Made by a program: the position numbers and the translations under genes
From: Tubiluchus corallicola
Taxonomy: Eukaryota > Animalia > Priapulida
Direction of reading: 5' to 3'
Assembly (NCBI GenBank): GCA_030141605.1
Contig: JAQGDQ010000023.1
Coordinates: 1,157,747 to 1,221,746, forward strand
Length of the DNA stretch: 64,000 nt
Notes under the pieces: model-generated
Told to the model about the DNA's origin: nothing
The model's database searches: none
Seen by the model: the letters and a program-made list of their open reading frames with translations, nothing else
In this document: positions 37,469 through 48,800 of the stretch, in pieces
Layout: the number at the start of each line of letters is the position of its first letter
How positions within the stretch are numbered: position 1 is the first letter of the stretch

Positions 37469-39111
37469 CTGGTGTCAGAACAAGTGGGATGTTACCCTCA
37501 TCTGGGCATTCCGATTATTGTACTGTGGTTGATGTTGACTTAGAACGGTTACAACACCGTCAGCTTGCCGATTTTCTATTAGAACAGAGTGTGTATTCTT
37601 CTAATGGTCAAGAATTAAGGGGCACTGCCTTAGATTCTACGGAACATTGCTATAGTTTTGATGTTAGTTGTACTAATAATGAGGATGTATTGTCGATCTG
37701 TGCTTGTAATACAACTAATCCTTTTGTTACTTGCCCTGTGCATAACCTTTGTACTGAAAAGCATGCAGCGAAGCCACCTGAATGTTCAAGTAGGCAAAGC
37801 CAAGGTCAGCTACCTTTGCTACCTGCTACTTCACAACATTCCGCTTCCCAGCCTAGCGCGAGTACTTGGGGCATGTCTAATATTGATTTTCTTTCAGGGC
37901 ACGCGGCTAGCGATCCAAATGCAGCATTGGGCACGGGAGTTAGTCCAAGTAATCAAAATTTTGGGCAAAATTTCGCGTCAGATACTTATCAAATCAGACA
38001 ACAGTTGTCTAGTATTTCTGAGAGTTTTCAAGACCTGAGAAATGTGGTTGCTACGCTGCCTCAGGCAATTTCCAGTGCCATTTTGGATTTTACCGCATGT
38101 CGCGAACCAGAGACGCCTACAACAGGTGGTATTTTGGCAAAGAAGCCTCTTTTGGGTTCTACCCCTGTAATGGCGAATACTGACACTGCTGACGCACTGC
38201 ATCAAAATCAAGGGTCTAGCCAGATTCAAAATGGTCCTTCTGGCTGCACCCCACGTGTACGTTTTGAAACTGGCCTAAGCAATCTAGACCAGTCTTTCGA
38301 GCCCATTTTGCGGACTTCCGGTTGTTCTACTGCACAAACAGGGTTGGCAACCAGCACCGTGGCACAAAATGTCGCTAATGCTACTGCAAACATGGCGAGT
38401 GACATCAGCATGGGGCGGCTCGGTGAAAAGGCACTCCGAGGTCTACCACCTTTTGATGGCGAGACAGTGTCTTGGGAAAGTTTTGAGGCACAGTTCCAGC
38501 TTCTCCGTCGGGCTAATGGCTGGGACAACACCGAGGCTGGTGCGCGATTAGCATTAATATTAAAAGGGAGTGCTGCGGGCATGCTGGAAGTCATTCCTGA
38601 GGCGCAAAGGTCCAACTATGACGTCCTTTCGTCGGCTCTTTGTCGTAGATACGGCTATCAAAATAGAGAGAGCGTTTATCGTGCGCATTATAACGCCAGA
38701 GTACGCCACACTGGTGAAGATTTAAGGCAATACGCTGAGCAATTGCGTGTTCTTTATCATCGTGTATTTCCAACCGTTGATACAAAAACTGCTGAGAAAC
38801 AGCTAATTCATAAATTCGTAGATGGTTTAATGGATTCTGAGTTAGCAATACACATTCAGCAAAGTGTACCGCCTGATCTCGCAAGTGCTTTAGCTACTGC
38901 ACTTACAGTTGAGTCCATTCGGGAAAACGAATCCCCAAGCAAAAGCTCGATTAAGGTTCAGCACCTACCTGTTACCTCGCCCCCCAGTTCGAAATCCAAA
39001 AGCCCAAATAGCGACGTTAGCAAATCTGCTCTTAATCGCACCCCTGAAAAACACGGCAGAGGTTCAAATGTTGGCCAGAATAAGTCTCCTAAACCTACGG
39101 GTCGTGGTTGA
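37405..39111 (+). CDS. Gypsy Gag (probable start ATG 37489); capsid-like domain, ended by a premature TGA just before the zinc knuckle
   Basis: FDGETVSWESFEAQF..NGW..L..LKGSA..GEDLRQYAEQLR..FVDGL. In-frame CYNCGGFGHLARQC at 39121-39162 lies after the TGA. Confidence 0.85.
   Translation: MPHGVGRGAIRSASIKSGEQSTGVRTSGMLPSSGHSDYCTVVDVDLERLQHRQLADFLLEQSVYSSNGQELRGTALDSTEHCYSFDVSCTNNEDVLSICACNTTNPFVTCPVHNLCTEKHAAKPPECSSRQSQGQLPLLPATSQHSASQPSASTWGMSNIDFLSGHAASDPNAALGTGVSPSNQNFGQNFASDTYQIRQQLSSISESFQDLRNVVATLPQAISSAILDFTACREPETPTTGGILAKKPLLGSTPVMANTDTADALHQNQGSSQIQNGPSGCTPRVRFETGLSNLDQSFEPILRTSGCSTAQTGLATSTVAQNVANATANMASDISMGRLGEKALRGLPPFDGETVSWESFEAQFQLLRRANGWDNTEAGARLALILKGSAAGMLEVIPEAQRSNYDVLSSALCRRYGYQNRESVYRAHYNARVRHTGEDLRQYAEQLRVLYHRVFPTVDTKTAEKQLIHKFVDGLMDSELAIHIQQSVPPDLASALATALTVESIRENESPSKSSIKVQHLPVTSPPSSKSKSPNSDVSKSALNRTPEKHGRGSNVGQNKSPKPTGRG
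37470..37490 (+). promoter_or_regulatory. Primer-binding site complementary to the tRNA-Leu 3' end
   Basis: TGGTGTCAGAA(CAA)GTGGGAT versus the expected TGGTGTCAGAAGTGGGAT. Confidence 0.75.
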
Positions 39112-39421
39112 GGCCCAGTTTGTTATAATTGTGGTGGTTTTGGGCATTTAGCGAGACAGTGCTCTTCCCCTCCCCATAGTTGGACAGGCCAACGAACTCG
39201 CCATAGAGCACAATTTTCTAATAATTTTTGCCAAAACAATGGTTTTTCTGCAAATATGGGGCAAAATTATCCATGTACTGGGACTACCCCCCCCCCCCAA
39301 AAGACAGCCAGCCACTCGCACTAGATGAGCAGTCTCCGTAGGAGTACCCACATCGCATTACACCATTAATTATTCTGCGTCGGTTCGTAACAAAAACGCT
39401 GATAAGCAGCCTGCGCTTGGT

Positions 39422-39537
39422 TTGTATGTGCGCGGCTCAATAAACGGTCGCGTTTGTCGCATTTTAGTTGACACTGGTGCGAGTCAGACAACTGTAAGAA
39501 AAGAATTTCTTTCCTTACCAACTGGAGAAATTTTATT
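39422..39537 (+). pseudogene. Gypsy aspartic protease N-terminal part, truncated by the satellite array
   Basis: LYVRGSINGRVCRILVDTGASQTTVRKEFL, then an abrupt switch to satellite sequence at ~39538. Confidence 0.85.
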
Positions 39538-42500
39538 AGAAAGTCTTCTGCCATATACTTGAGATTAGTAGTATATTTCTTTTGTTCAGATGATTGTGAC
39601 TGCTCTAGATGAGTACTAACTAGATGCTGCAATTTGTCTGTATTTAACAGATTATTGGGATTGGACGTATATGCCTTCTAACTAGACACTTGACGTGTCT
39701 GAAAACCTGCTTCAGGTTGTCTGTAGACGTTTTGTTTACAGATGGAAGATGTCTTTTTATCATGAATGAAGTTGTCTGAAGCTTCCTTCTGATCAGATAC
39801 ACGAGATTGTGAATAAAGCTGTTATTACCAGACGCTTAAGTTTGGCTATATATGTCTTGTGACAAGCTATTTGAGGCCGTCTGTGTGTGTCTCTATTAAG
39901 ATGCTTGACATTGCCTGTAGAAGCCTTCTGCCATATACTTGAGATTAGCAGTATATGTTTTCTGTCCAGATGTTTGAGATTTCTTTAGATGAGTTCTGAC
40001 CAGATGCTGCAATTTGTCTGTAGATCTTAACAGATTAATGGGATTCGATATGGATGTCTTGAGTCTTGAAGTGTTAGTAGATCTTTTAGATTGCTTGTAG
40101 GTGTTATCTTACCAAACGACTGAAATTGCCTGTATCTATGTCATCGTACCAAACGATAAGATTCCTGCAGATTTCTGCTGATCAGGTACATGAGAGTGAG
40201 AATAGAGCTGCTATTACCAGATGCTTACGTTTGGTCATATATGTCCTCTGAGAAGCTGACTGAGGCTGTCTGCGTATGTCTCTGTTAAGACGCTTAGTAT
40301 TGCCTGTAGCAGTCTTTTGCCAGATACTTGAGACTGGTAGTACATTTTTTGTACCCAGATTTTTGACATTGCTTTAAGTCAGTTCTGACTATATGTTTTA
40401 ATTTGTTTTCCAAGCCTTAGAACCAAACGCTTCAGTCTGGCTATGCATGTCTTGGGTCAAGCTAATTGAGGCTGCCTGTGTTTGCCTCTGTTAAGATGCT
40501 TGACTTTGCCTGTAGAACTGTCATTACCAGATGCTCAAGTTTGGTCTCATATGTCCTCTGACAAGCTGACTGAGGCTATCTGTGTGGGTGTCTCTGTTAA
40601 GATGCTTGGCATTGCCTGTAGAAGTCTTCTGCCATATACTTGAAAATAGCAGTACATTTCTTCTGTTCAGATGACAGGGACTGCTCTAGATGAGTTCGGA
40701 CTAGATGTTTTAAGTCGTTATCCAAGCTTTAGAACCAGACGCTCAAGTTTGGCTATGCATGTCTTGTGGCAAGCTAATTGAGGCTATCTGTGTGTGTGTG
40801 TGTCTCTGTTAAGGCGCTTAGTATTGCCCGTAGAAGTCTTTTGCCGGGATACTTGACATCGGCAGTGCATTTCTGCATATTTCTTCTGATCAGGTACATG
40901 AGATTGAGAATAAAACTGCTATTACCAGATGCTTACGTTTGGCCATATATGTCCTCTGAGAAGCTGATTGAGGCTGTCTGCGTATGTCTCTGTTAAGACG
41001 CTTGGCATTGCCTGTAGAAGTCTTCTGCCATATACTTGAAATTAGCTGTACATTTCTTCTGTTCAGATGATTGGGACTGCTCTAGAGGAGTTCCGACTAG
41101 AAGTTTTAAATCGTTTTCCAAGCTTTAGAACCAAACGCTCAAGTTTGGCTATGCATGTCTTGGTATGAGCTAATTGAGGGTGCCTGTGTATGTCTCTGTT
41201 AAGACGCTTAGCATTGACGGTAGAAGTCACCTGCCATATACTTGAAATTAACAGTACATTTCTTCTGTTCAGATGACAGGGACTGCTCTAGATGAGTTCT
41301 GACTAGATGTTTTAAATCGTTATCCAAGCTTTAGAACCAGACGCTCAAGTTTGGCTATGCATGTCTTGTGGCAAGCTAATTGCGGCTATCTGTGTGTGTG
41401 TGTCTCTGTTAAGATGCTTGGCATTGCCTGTAGAAGTCTTCTGCCATATACTTGAAATTAGCTGTACATTTCTTCTGTTCAGATGATTGGGACTGCTCTA
41501 GATGAGTTCGGACTAGATGTTTTAAGTCGTTATCCAAGCTTTAGAACCAGACGCTCAAGTTTGGCTATGCATGTCTTGTGGCAAGCTAATTGAGGCTATC
41601 TGTGTGTGTGTGTCTCTGTTAAGGCGCTTAGTATTGCCCGTAGAAGTCTTTTGCCGGGATACTTGACATCGGCAGTGCATTTCTGCAGATTTCTCCTGAT
41701 CAGGTACATGAGATTGAGAATAAAACTGCCATTACCAGAAGCTAAGTTTGGCCATATATGTCCTCTGGCAAGCTGATTGAGGATATCTGTGTATGTCTCT
41801 GTTAAGACGCTCAGTATAGCCTGTAGAAGTCTTTTGCCACATACTTGAGATTAGCAGGATATGTTTTCTGTCCAGATGTTTGAGATTGCTTTAGATGAGT
41901 TCTGATTACATGTTTTTATTTGTTTTCCAAGCCTTAGAACCAAACGCTTCAGTCTGGCTATGCATGTCTTGTTGCAAGCTAGTTGTGGCTATCTGTGTGT
42001 GTGTGTGTGTGTGTCTGCTGAGAAGCTTTGCATTGCCTGTAGAAGTCTTCTGCCATATACCTGAAATTAGCAGTACATTTCTTCTGTTCAGATGACAGGG
42101 ACTGCTCTAGATCAGTTCTGACTAGATGTTTTAAATCGTTATCCAAGCTTTAGAACCAGACGCTCAAGTTTGGCTATGCATGTCTTGTGGCAAGCTAATT
42201 GCGGCTATCTGTGTGTGTGTGTCTCTGTTAAGATGCTTGGCATTGCCTGTAGAAGTCTTCTGCCATATACTTGAAATTAGCTGTACATTTCTTCTGTTCA
42301 GATGATTGGGACTGCTCTAGAGGAGTTCCGACTAGAAGTTTTAAATCGTTTTCCAAGCTTTAGAACCAGACGCTCAAGTTTGGCTATGCATGTCTTGTGG
42401 CAAGCTAATTGCGGCTATCTGTGTGGGTGTCTCTGTTAAGATGCTTGGCATTGCCTGTAGAAGTCTTCTGCCATATACTTGAAATTAGCTGTACATTTCT

Positions 42501-42678
42501 TCTGTTCAGATGATTGGGACTGCTCTAGAGGAGTTCCGACTAGAAGTTTTAAATCGTTTTCCAAGCTTTAGAACCAAACGCTCAAGTTTGGCTATGCATG
42601 TCTTGGTATGAGCTAATTGAGGGTGCCTGTGTATGTCTCTGTTAAGACGCTTAGCATTGACGGTAGAAGTCTCCTGCC

Positions 42679-45600
42679 TTACCTTAGACCTTAGTCCTTC
42701 CTGCGCATTGATGCACATTGGGCAGACAGCATTTTCCACTGAGTTCTATCGGCGGCTTCGTTCTCTACGTTTTCCCAACGTATGTTGACAGCTCGAAGGT
42801 CTTCTTTGAAGGATCTGCGCCACGTTGTTTTTGGCCGACCTCTTTTTCGTTTCCCACCAGGTGGTTCCCACTGTACTGCTGTTTTGGTGTAACGACTTTC
42901 TGATAGACGGAGAATATGTCCAGCCAGTTTCATTCTTCTCTCTGTAACTATATCTTGTTACCGCAATGACTGCGCTCGTTGAAGAACTTCTACATTGGTG
43001 ACATGGTCGCGGTAGGAGATTTTTAGTATCTTTCGAAGGCATTTTTGGTGGAAGACGTTCAGTTTCTTTGATAACTCCGCTGTGACTTTCCAGGTTTCGC
43101 TGGCATAGAGAGCCGTTGGCAGCACAATGGCGTTGTACAGACGAAGTTTGATTTTCATGTCAATTTTCTTGCTTGTCCAGATTTTTCCCATCTTCCTAAA
43201 TACTGCTGTTGCTTTGCCGATTCTCCCCCTGATGTCATTTTCTGTACCTCCATTACAGGTCATCACACTGCCCAGATATGAAAAACTGGTAACGTTCTTA
43301 ACCATTTGGCCTCCCACTGTTATATGTACATCATTCTGTTGGTTTGTCCACACTTTCAAAACTTTGGTCTTTTCTTGACTAATTCTCAATCCAATTTTTC
43401 CCGCTACTTCTTCCATACTTGTGGTCAGTTGTTGCAGGCTTTCTTTTGATGTTTCCAGAAGAGCTATATCGTCAGCAAAGTCCAGATCTGCCAATCGTTG
43501 TTGTTGTTTCCATTGCATTCCTAGATCTTTACCATCAACCGCCTTCTTCATGATGAAATCAATCGTCAGTAGGAACAGGAATGGCGACATAATGCAACCC
43601 TGCTTAACTCCAGTTTCGATGGTGAAATACTCGGTGTTTCCCTCTTGTGTTCTTATACAACAGCCGCTGTTTTGGTAAAAGTTCTGGATGGTTGAAATGA
43701 ATGTCTGTGGGATACCATACAGAGAAGCAATTTTCCATAGAGACTGCCTGTGAACAGAGTCAAAAGCCTTCTTGAAATCAATAAAATTGATTAATAAGGG
43801 CTGTTGGAATTCCATACATTGCTCAATGATGTTTCTGAGAGTGAATATCTGTTCACAGCATGATCTTCCTTTTCTAAATCCAGCTTGTTGTTCTCTTAGT
43901 CTTATATCAACAGCATCTCTCAACCGATCTAGCAGCACTATACTCAGGACTTTTCCAGGTATTGACATCAGAGTTATTTCTCTCCAATTATTGCAATCTG
44001 TCAGGTTCCCTTTCTTAGGCAACTTCACGATGACTCCATTTCTCCAATCTTCGGGGACCTTTTGTTGTTCCCAGCAGCTGTTCAGGAGCTTTGTCATTGA
44101 TCGTGTTATCCCTTTATTACCGTGTTTCAGGAGCTCAGCTGTTATTTGGTCCTCTCCAGCTGCTTTGTTGTTCTTTAGTTTTTTGATGGCAGTTTCGACT
44201 TCCAGTTCACTGATGTTGTCCAATCTTACATCTAGCTGTTGTTGTCCAATTTCATTCTCAAAATTGAATAATGTTGTTGGGTTTGGCTGGTTGAGAACTT
44301 CCTTGAAGTGTTCCACCCATCGTGCGTTTTGCTGTTCTGTTGTTGTGAGAGTCACACCACTTTTGTTCTTGATTGGCACAGCTGGGTGCCTCCTGTTCCC
44401 GTTAGATCTTTAACAATTCTGTAGAGAGTCTTGGTATCATTATGGCTGGCTGCTAACTGTGCTTCTTCACCCTTCTTTTCAAACCATTCGTTCTTGTCCC
44501 TCCTGCAACGTCTTTTTACTGCTCTATCTGCCAGTTGGTACTGCTCATTGGCTTGACTCCTGCTTTCTAGTGTTTTTGCTTGGTCTCTCATTTGCTTAGT
44601 CTTCTTTCTTTCATCAATTAATTCCCAAGTTTTTTCTTGTATCCACATTTCTTTTCTGTTACCCCTTCTTCTGCCGATCTGTTCATCTGCAACTGCTGTT
44701 ACTGCTTCTTTGAATATTTTCCACTGTTCTTCAATATCGTTGGCTTGTAGTAGTGGTTCAAATTTGTTGCTAAGTGCAAGTTCAAAACTCCTTGCTTTTT
44801 GTTGGTCTTTCAGGTTTTCAACCGCAAAAGGTCTAGTGATTTTTGGCTTTTGTATCTTTTTCAGTTTGAGCTGCACTTTTCCTTGAACTAGGTGGTGGTC
44901 AGAGCCCACATCAGCTCCACGACATACTTTCACATCTTTCAGTGCTGATCTCCATCTCTTGCTGATACAGATGTAGTCGATTTCGTTCTGTGTATTTCCA
45001 TCTGGTGACCTCCATGTCTTCTTGTGGATGGTTTTGTGGGCAAAATAAGTATTTCCAATACACAGTCCATTTAAATTGCACAACATCAGGAGCCGTTCAC
45101 CATTGTTGTTTGTTTCTTGAGCTGATCCATGTGGCCCGATTACATGCTCCAATCCGTGTCTGTTGTTGTCAATCTTTGCATTCATAACACCCATGAGGAG
45201 AATGATGTCATGGCTGGGGATGTCATTCAGCACATCTTGACATTGTTGGTAGAAATCATCTTTAACTTGTTCATCTGTATCTTCAGTTGGTGCGTAAATG
45301 CAAACAATAGTTGTTTTCGCATGCCTTGACTGCATTCGGGCAGTTATTATCCTCTCACTGACTGGGTTCCATCCTATTAGTGTCTTTGCTGCCTCTTTGT
45401 TCAGCATCAGACCAACACCTCTCTGGTGATCCTCCTCTGATCCTGAATACAGAAAGGTTGTTTCTCCACTCTTGATGTTTCCGCTTCCTGTCAATCTCAC
45501 TTCCGTTACGCCTAAGATACTGAGTTGATAGTTGTTGAATTCCCGGATAACTTGGGCCATTTTTCCTGTTTGGAACATTGTTCTTACATTCCAGGTGCCA

Positions 45601-45835
45601 ATTTTTGTCACCTTTGTGGCACTCAGTATAGAGTTCTTCATCGGATGCTGGGCTTCCTCTCGGCTTTGACCTAGCATCGTCATAACATGGGTCGAACTTT
45701 CTGCTTTGTGCCGATTTGTGTCAGTAGATTTGTTTCTGTCTGTTTCTGTAGCAATTGAGAACTTTTACAGGATAGGGGTGCTAACCCTAAGCCCAACCCT
45801 CCTCCTCTCTCAACCGGGCTTGGGACCGGCTATGG
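42679..45835 (-). mobile_element. Near-full-length RTE-clade LINE (3157 bp) inserted in the satellite
   Basis: TSD CTCCTGCC at 42671-42678 and 45836-45843. APE endonuclease plus RT. 3' tail ACTAAGGTCTAAGGTAA. An uninterrupted homologous monomer lies at ~58140. Confidence 0.97.
42691..45683 (-). pseudogene. RTE APE-RT polyprotein with one frameshift (~44390), one in-frame TAA (42958-42960) and a mutated endonuclease catalytic motif
   Basis: GTWNVRT, GVTEVR, YAPT, GVMNA (consensus GD.NA), IDYI, SDH; QAGFR, FIDFKKAFD, GVKQG, FADD, YLGS. The 42933-42691 ORF is in frame after the TAA. Confidence 0.9.
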
Positions 45836-45836
45836 C
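45792..45836 (-). ncRNA. Twister ribozyme 3' portion (post-cleavage remnant) forming the 5' end of the RTE element
   Basis: Minus strand GCCAUA-GCCGGUCCCAAGCCCGG-UUGAGAGA-GGAG-GAGGG-UUGGG. As recalled, the core GCCGGUCCCAAGCCCGG and the GAGGG are identical to the P1-type O. sativa twister. The 5' strands of P1/L1(UAA)/P2 are absent. Confidence 0.85.
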
Positions 45837-48800
45837 TCCTGCCATATACTTGAAATTAACAGTACATTTCTTCTGTTCAGATGACAGGGATTGTTCTAGA
45901 TGAGTTCTGACTAGATGTTTTAAATCGTTATCCAAGCTTTAGAACCAGACGCTCAAGTTTGGCTATGCCTGCCATATACTTGAAATTAACAGTACATTTC
46001 TTCTGTTCAGATGACAGGGACTGCTCTAGATGAGTTCTGACTAGATGTTTTAAATCGTTATCCAAGCTTTAGAACCAGACGCTCAAGTTTGGCTATGCAT
46101 GTCTTGTGACAAGCTAATTGAGGCTATCTGTGTATGTCTCTGTTAAGACGCTTGACTTTGCCTGTAGAAGTCTTTTGCCATATACTTGAGATTAGCGGAA
46201 TATGTTTTCTGTCCAGATTTTTGAGATTGCTTAGATGAGTTCTGATTAGATGTTTTTATTTGTTTTCCAAGCATTAGATCCAAACGCTTCAGTCTGGCTA
46301 TGCATGTCTTGTGACAAGCTAATTGAGGCTATCTGTGTGTGTGTCTCTGTTAAGACGCTTAGCATTGCCTGTAGCAGTCTTTTGCCAGATACCTGAAATT
46401 AGCAGTACATTTCTTCTGTTCAGATGATTGGGACTGCTCTAGATGAGTTCTGACTAGATGTTTTAAACCGTTTTCCAAGCTTTAGAACCAGACGCTCAAG
46501 TTTGGCTATGCATGTCTTGTGACAAGCTAATTGAGGCTATCTGTGTGTGTGTCTCTGTTAAGACGCTTGACTTTGCCTGTAGAAGTCTTTTGCCATATAC
46601 TTGAGATTAGCGGAATATGTTTTCTGTCCAGATTTTTGAGATTGCTTAGATGAGTTCTGATTAGATGTTTTTATTTGTTTTCCAAGCATTAGATCCAAAC
46701 GCTTCAGTCTGGCTATGCATGTCTTGTGACAAGCTAATTGAGGCTATCTGTGTGTGTGTCTCTGTTAAGACGCTTGGCATTGCCTGTAGAAGTCTTTTGC
46801 CATATACCTGAAATTAGCAGTACATTTCTTCTGTTCAGATGATTGGGACTGCTCTAGATGAGTTCTGACTAGATGTTTTAAACCGTTTTCCAAGCTTTAG
46901 AACCAGACGCTCAAGTTTGGCTATGCATGTCTTGTGACAAGCTAATTGAGGCTATCTGTGTGTGTGTCTCTGTTAAGACGCTTGACTTTGCCTGTAGAAG
47001 TCTTTTGCCGGGATACTTGAGATCGGCAGTGCATTTCTGCAGATTTCTCCTGATCAGGTACACGAGAGTGAGAATAGAGCTGCTATTACCAGATGCTTAC
47101 GTTTGTTCATATATGTCCTTTGAGAAGCTGATTGAGGCTGTCTGTGTATGTCTCTGTTAAGGTGCTTAGTATTGCCTGTAGAAGTCTTTTGTCATATACT
47201 TGAGATTAGCAGGATATGTTTTCTGTCCAGATATGTCCTCTGAGAAGCTGATTGAGGATATCTGTGTATGTCTCTGTTAAGACGCTCAGTATTGCCTGTA
47301 GAAGTCTTTTGCCACATACTTGAGATTAGCAGGATATGTTTTCTGTCCAGATGTTTGAGATTGCTTTAGATGAGTTCTGATTAGATGTTTTTATTTGTTT
47401 TCCAAGCTTTAGAACCAAACGTTTCAGTCTGGCTATGCATGTCTTGTGACAAGCTAGTTGAGGTTATCTGTATGTGTGTGTCTCTGTTAAGATGCTTGGC
47501 ATTGCTTGTAGAAGTCTTCTGCTATATACCTGAAATTAGCAGTACATTTCTTTTGTTCAGATGATTGGGACTGCCTGTAGAAGTCTTTTGCCATATACTT
47601 GAAATTAGCAGAATATGTTTTCTGTCCAGATGTTTGAGATTGCTTAGATGAGTTCTGATTAGATGTTTTAAATCGTTTTCCAAGCTTTAGAACCAGACGC
47701 TCAAGTTTGGCTATGCATGTCTTGTGACAAGCTGATTGAGGCTATCTGTGTGGGTGTCTCTGTTAAGATGCTTGGCATTGCCTGTAGAAGTCTTCTGCCA
47801 TATACCTGAAATTAGCAGTACATTTCTTCTGTTCAGATGATTGGGACTGCTCTAGATGAGTTCTGACTAGATGTTTTAAACCGTTTTCCAAGCTTTAGAA
47901 CCAGACGCTCAAGTTTGGCTATGCATGTCTTGTGACAAGCTAATTGAGGCTATCTGTGTGTGTGTCTCTGTTAAGACGCTTGACTTTGCCTGTAGAAGTC
48001 TTTTGCCGGGATACTTGACATCGGCAGTGCATTTCTGCAGATTTCTCCTGATCAGGTACACGAGAGTGAGAATAAAGCTGCTATTACCAGATGCTTACGT
48101 TTGTTCATATATGTCCTCTGAGAAGCTGATTGAGGCTGTCTGTGTATGTCTCTGTTAAGGTGCTTAGTATTGCCTGTAGAAGTGTTTTGCCATATACTTG
48201 AAATTAGCGGAATATGTTTTCTGTCCAGATGTTTGAGATTGCTTAGATGAGTTCTGATTAGATGTTTTTATTTGTTTTCCAAGCCTTAGAACCAAACGCT
48301 TCAGTCTGGCTATGCATGTCTTGTTGCAAGCTAATTGAGGCTATCTGTGTGTGTGTCTCTGTTAAGATGCTTGGCATTGCCTGTAGAAGTCTTCTGCCAT
48401 ATACCTGAAATTAGCAGTACATTTCTTCTGTTCAGATGATTGGGACTGCTCTAGATGAGTTCAGACTAGATGTTTTAAATCGTTTTCAAAGCTTTAGAAC
48501 CAAACGCTTCAGTCTGGCTATGCATGTCTTGTTACAAGCTAGTTGAGGCTATCTGTGTGTATGTGTGTCTCTGTTAAGATGCTTGGCATTGTTTGTAGAA
48601 GTCTTCTGTTATATACTTGAAATTAGCTGTACATTTCTTCTGTTCAGATGATTGGGACTGCTCTAGATGAGTTCTGACCAGATGTTTTAAATCGTTTTCC
48701 AAGCTTTAGAACCAGACGCTCAAGTTTGGCTATGCATGTCTTGTGACAAGCTAATTGCGGCTATCTCTGTGTGTGTGCCCCTGTTAAGATGCTTGACTTT

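Noticed and set aside
39109-39111. Programmed stop read-through between gag and pol
   Set aside because: The TGA falls before the nucleocapsid zinc knuckle in an RG(R)G context, which fits a CGA>TGA mutation better.
37405-39111. Domesticated Gag-derived host gene
   Set aside because: An LTR, PBS and protease remnant are still attached, so it is an ordinary young truncated element. There is no evidence of selection.
45781-45790. Telomere-like CTAACCCTAA
   Set aside because: Fewer than two units, and part of the RTE 5' UTR hairpin (UAGGG/CCCUA).
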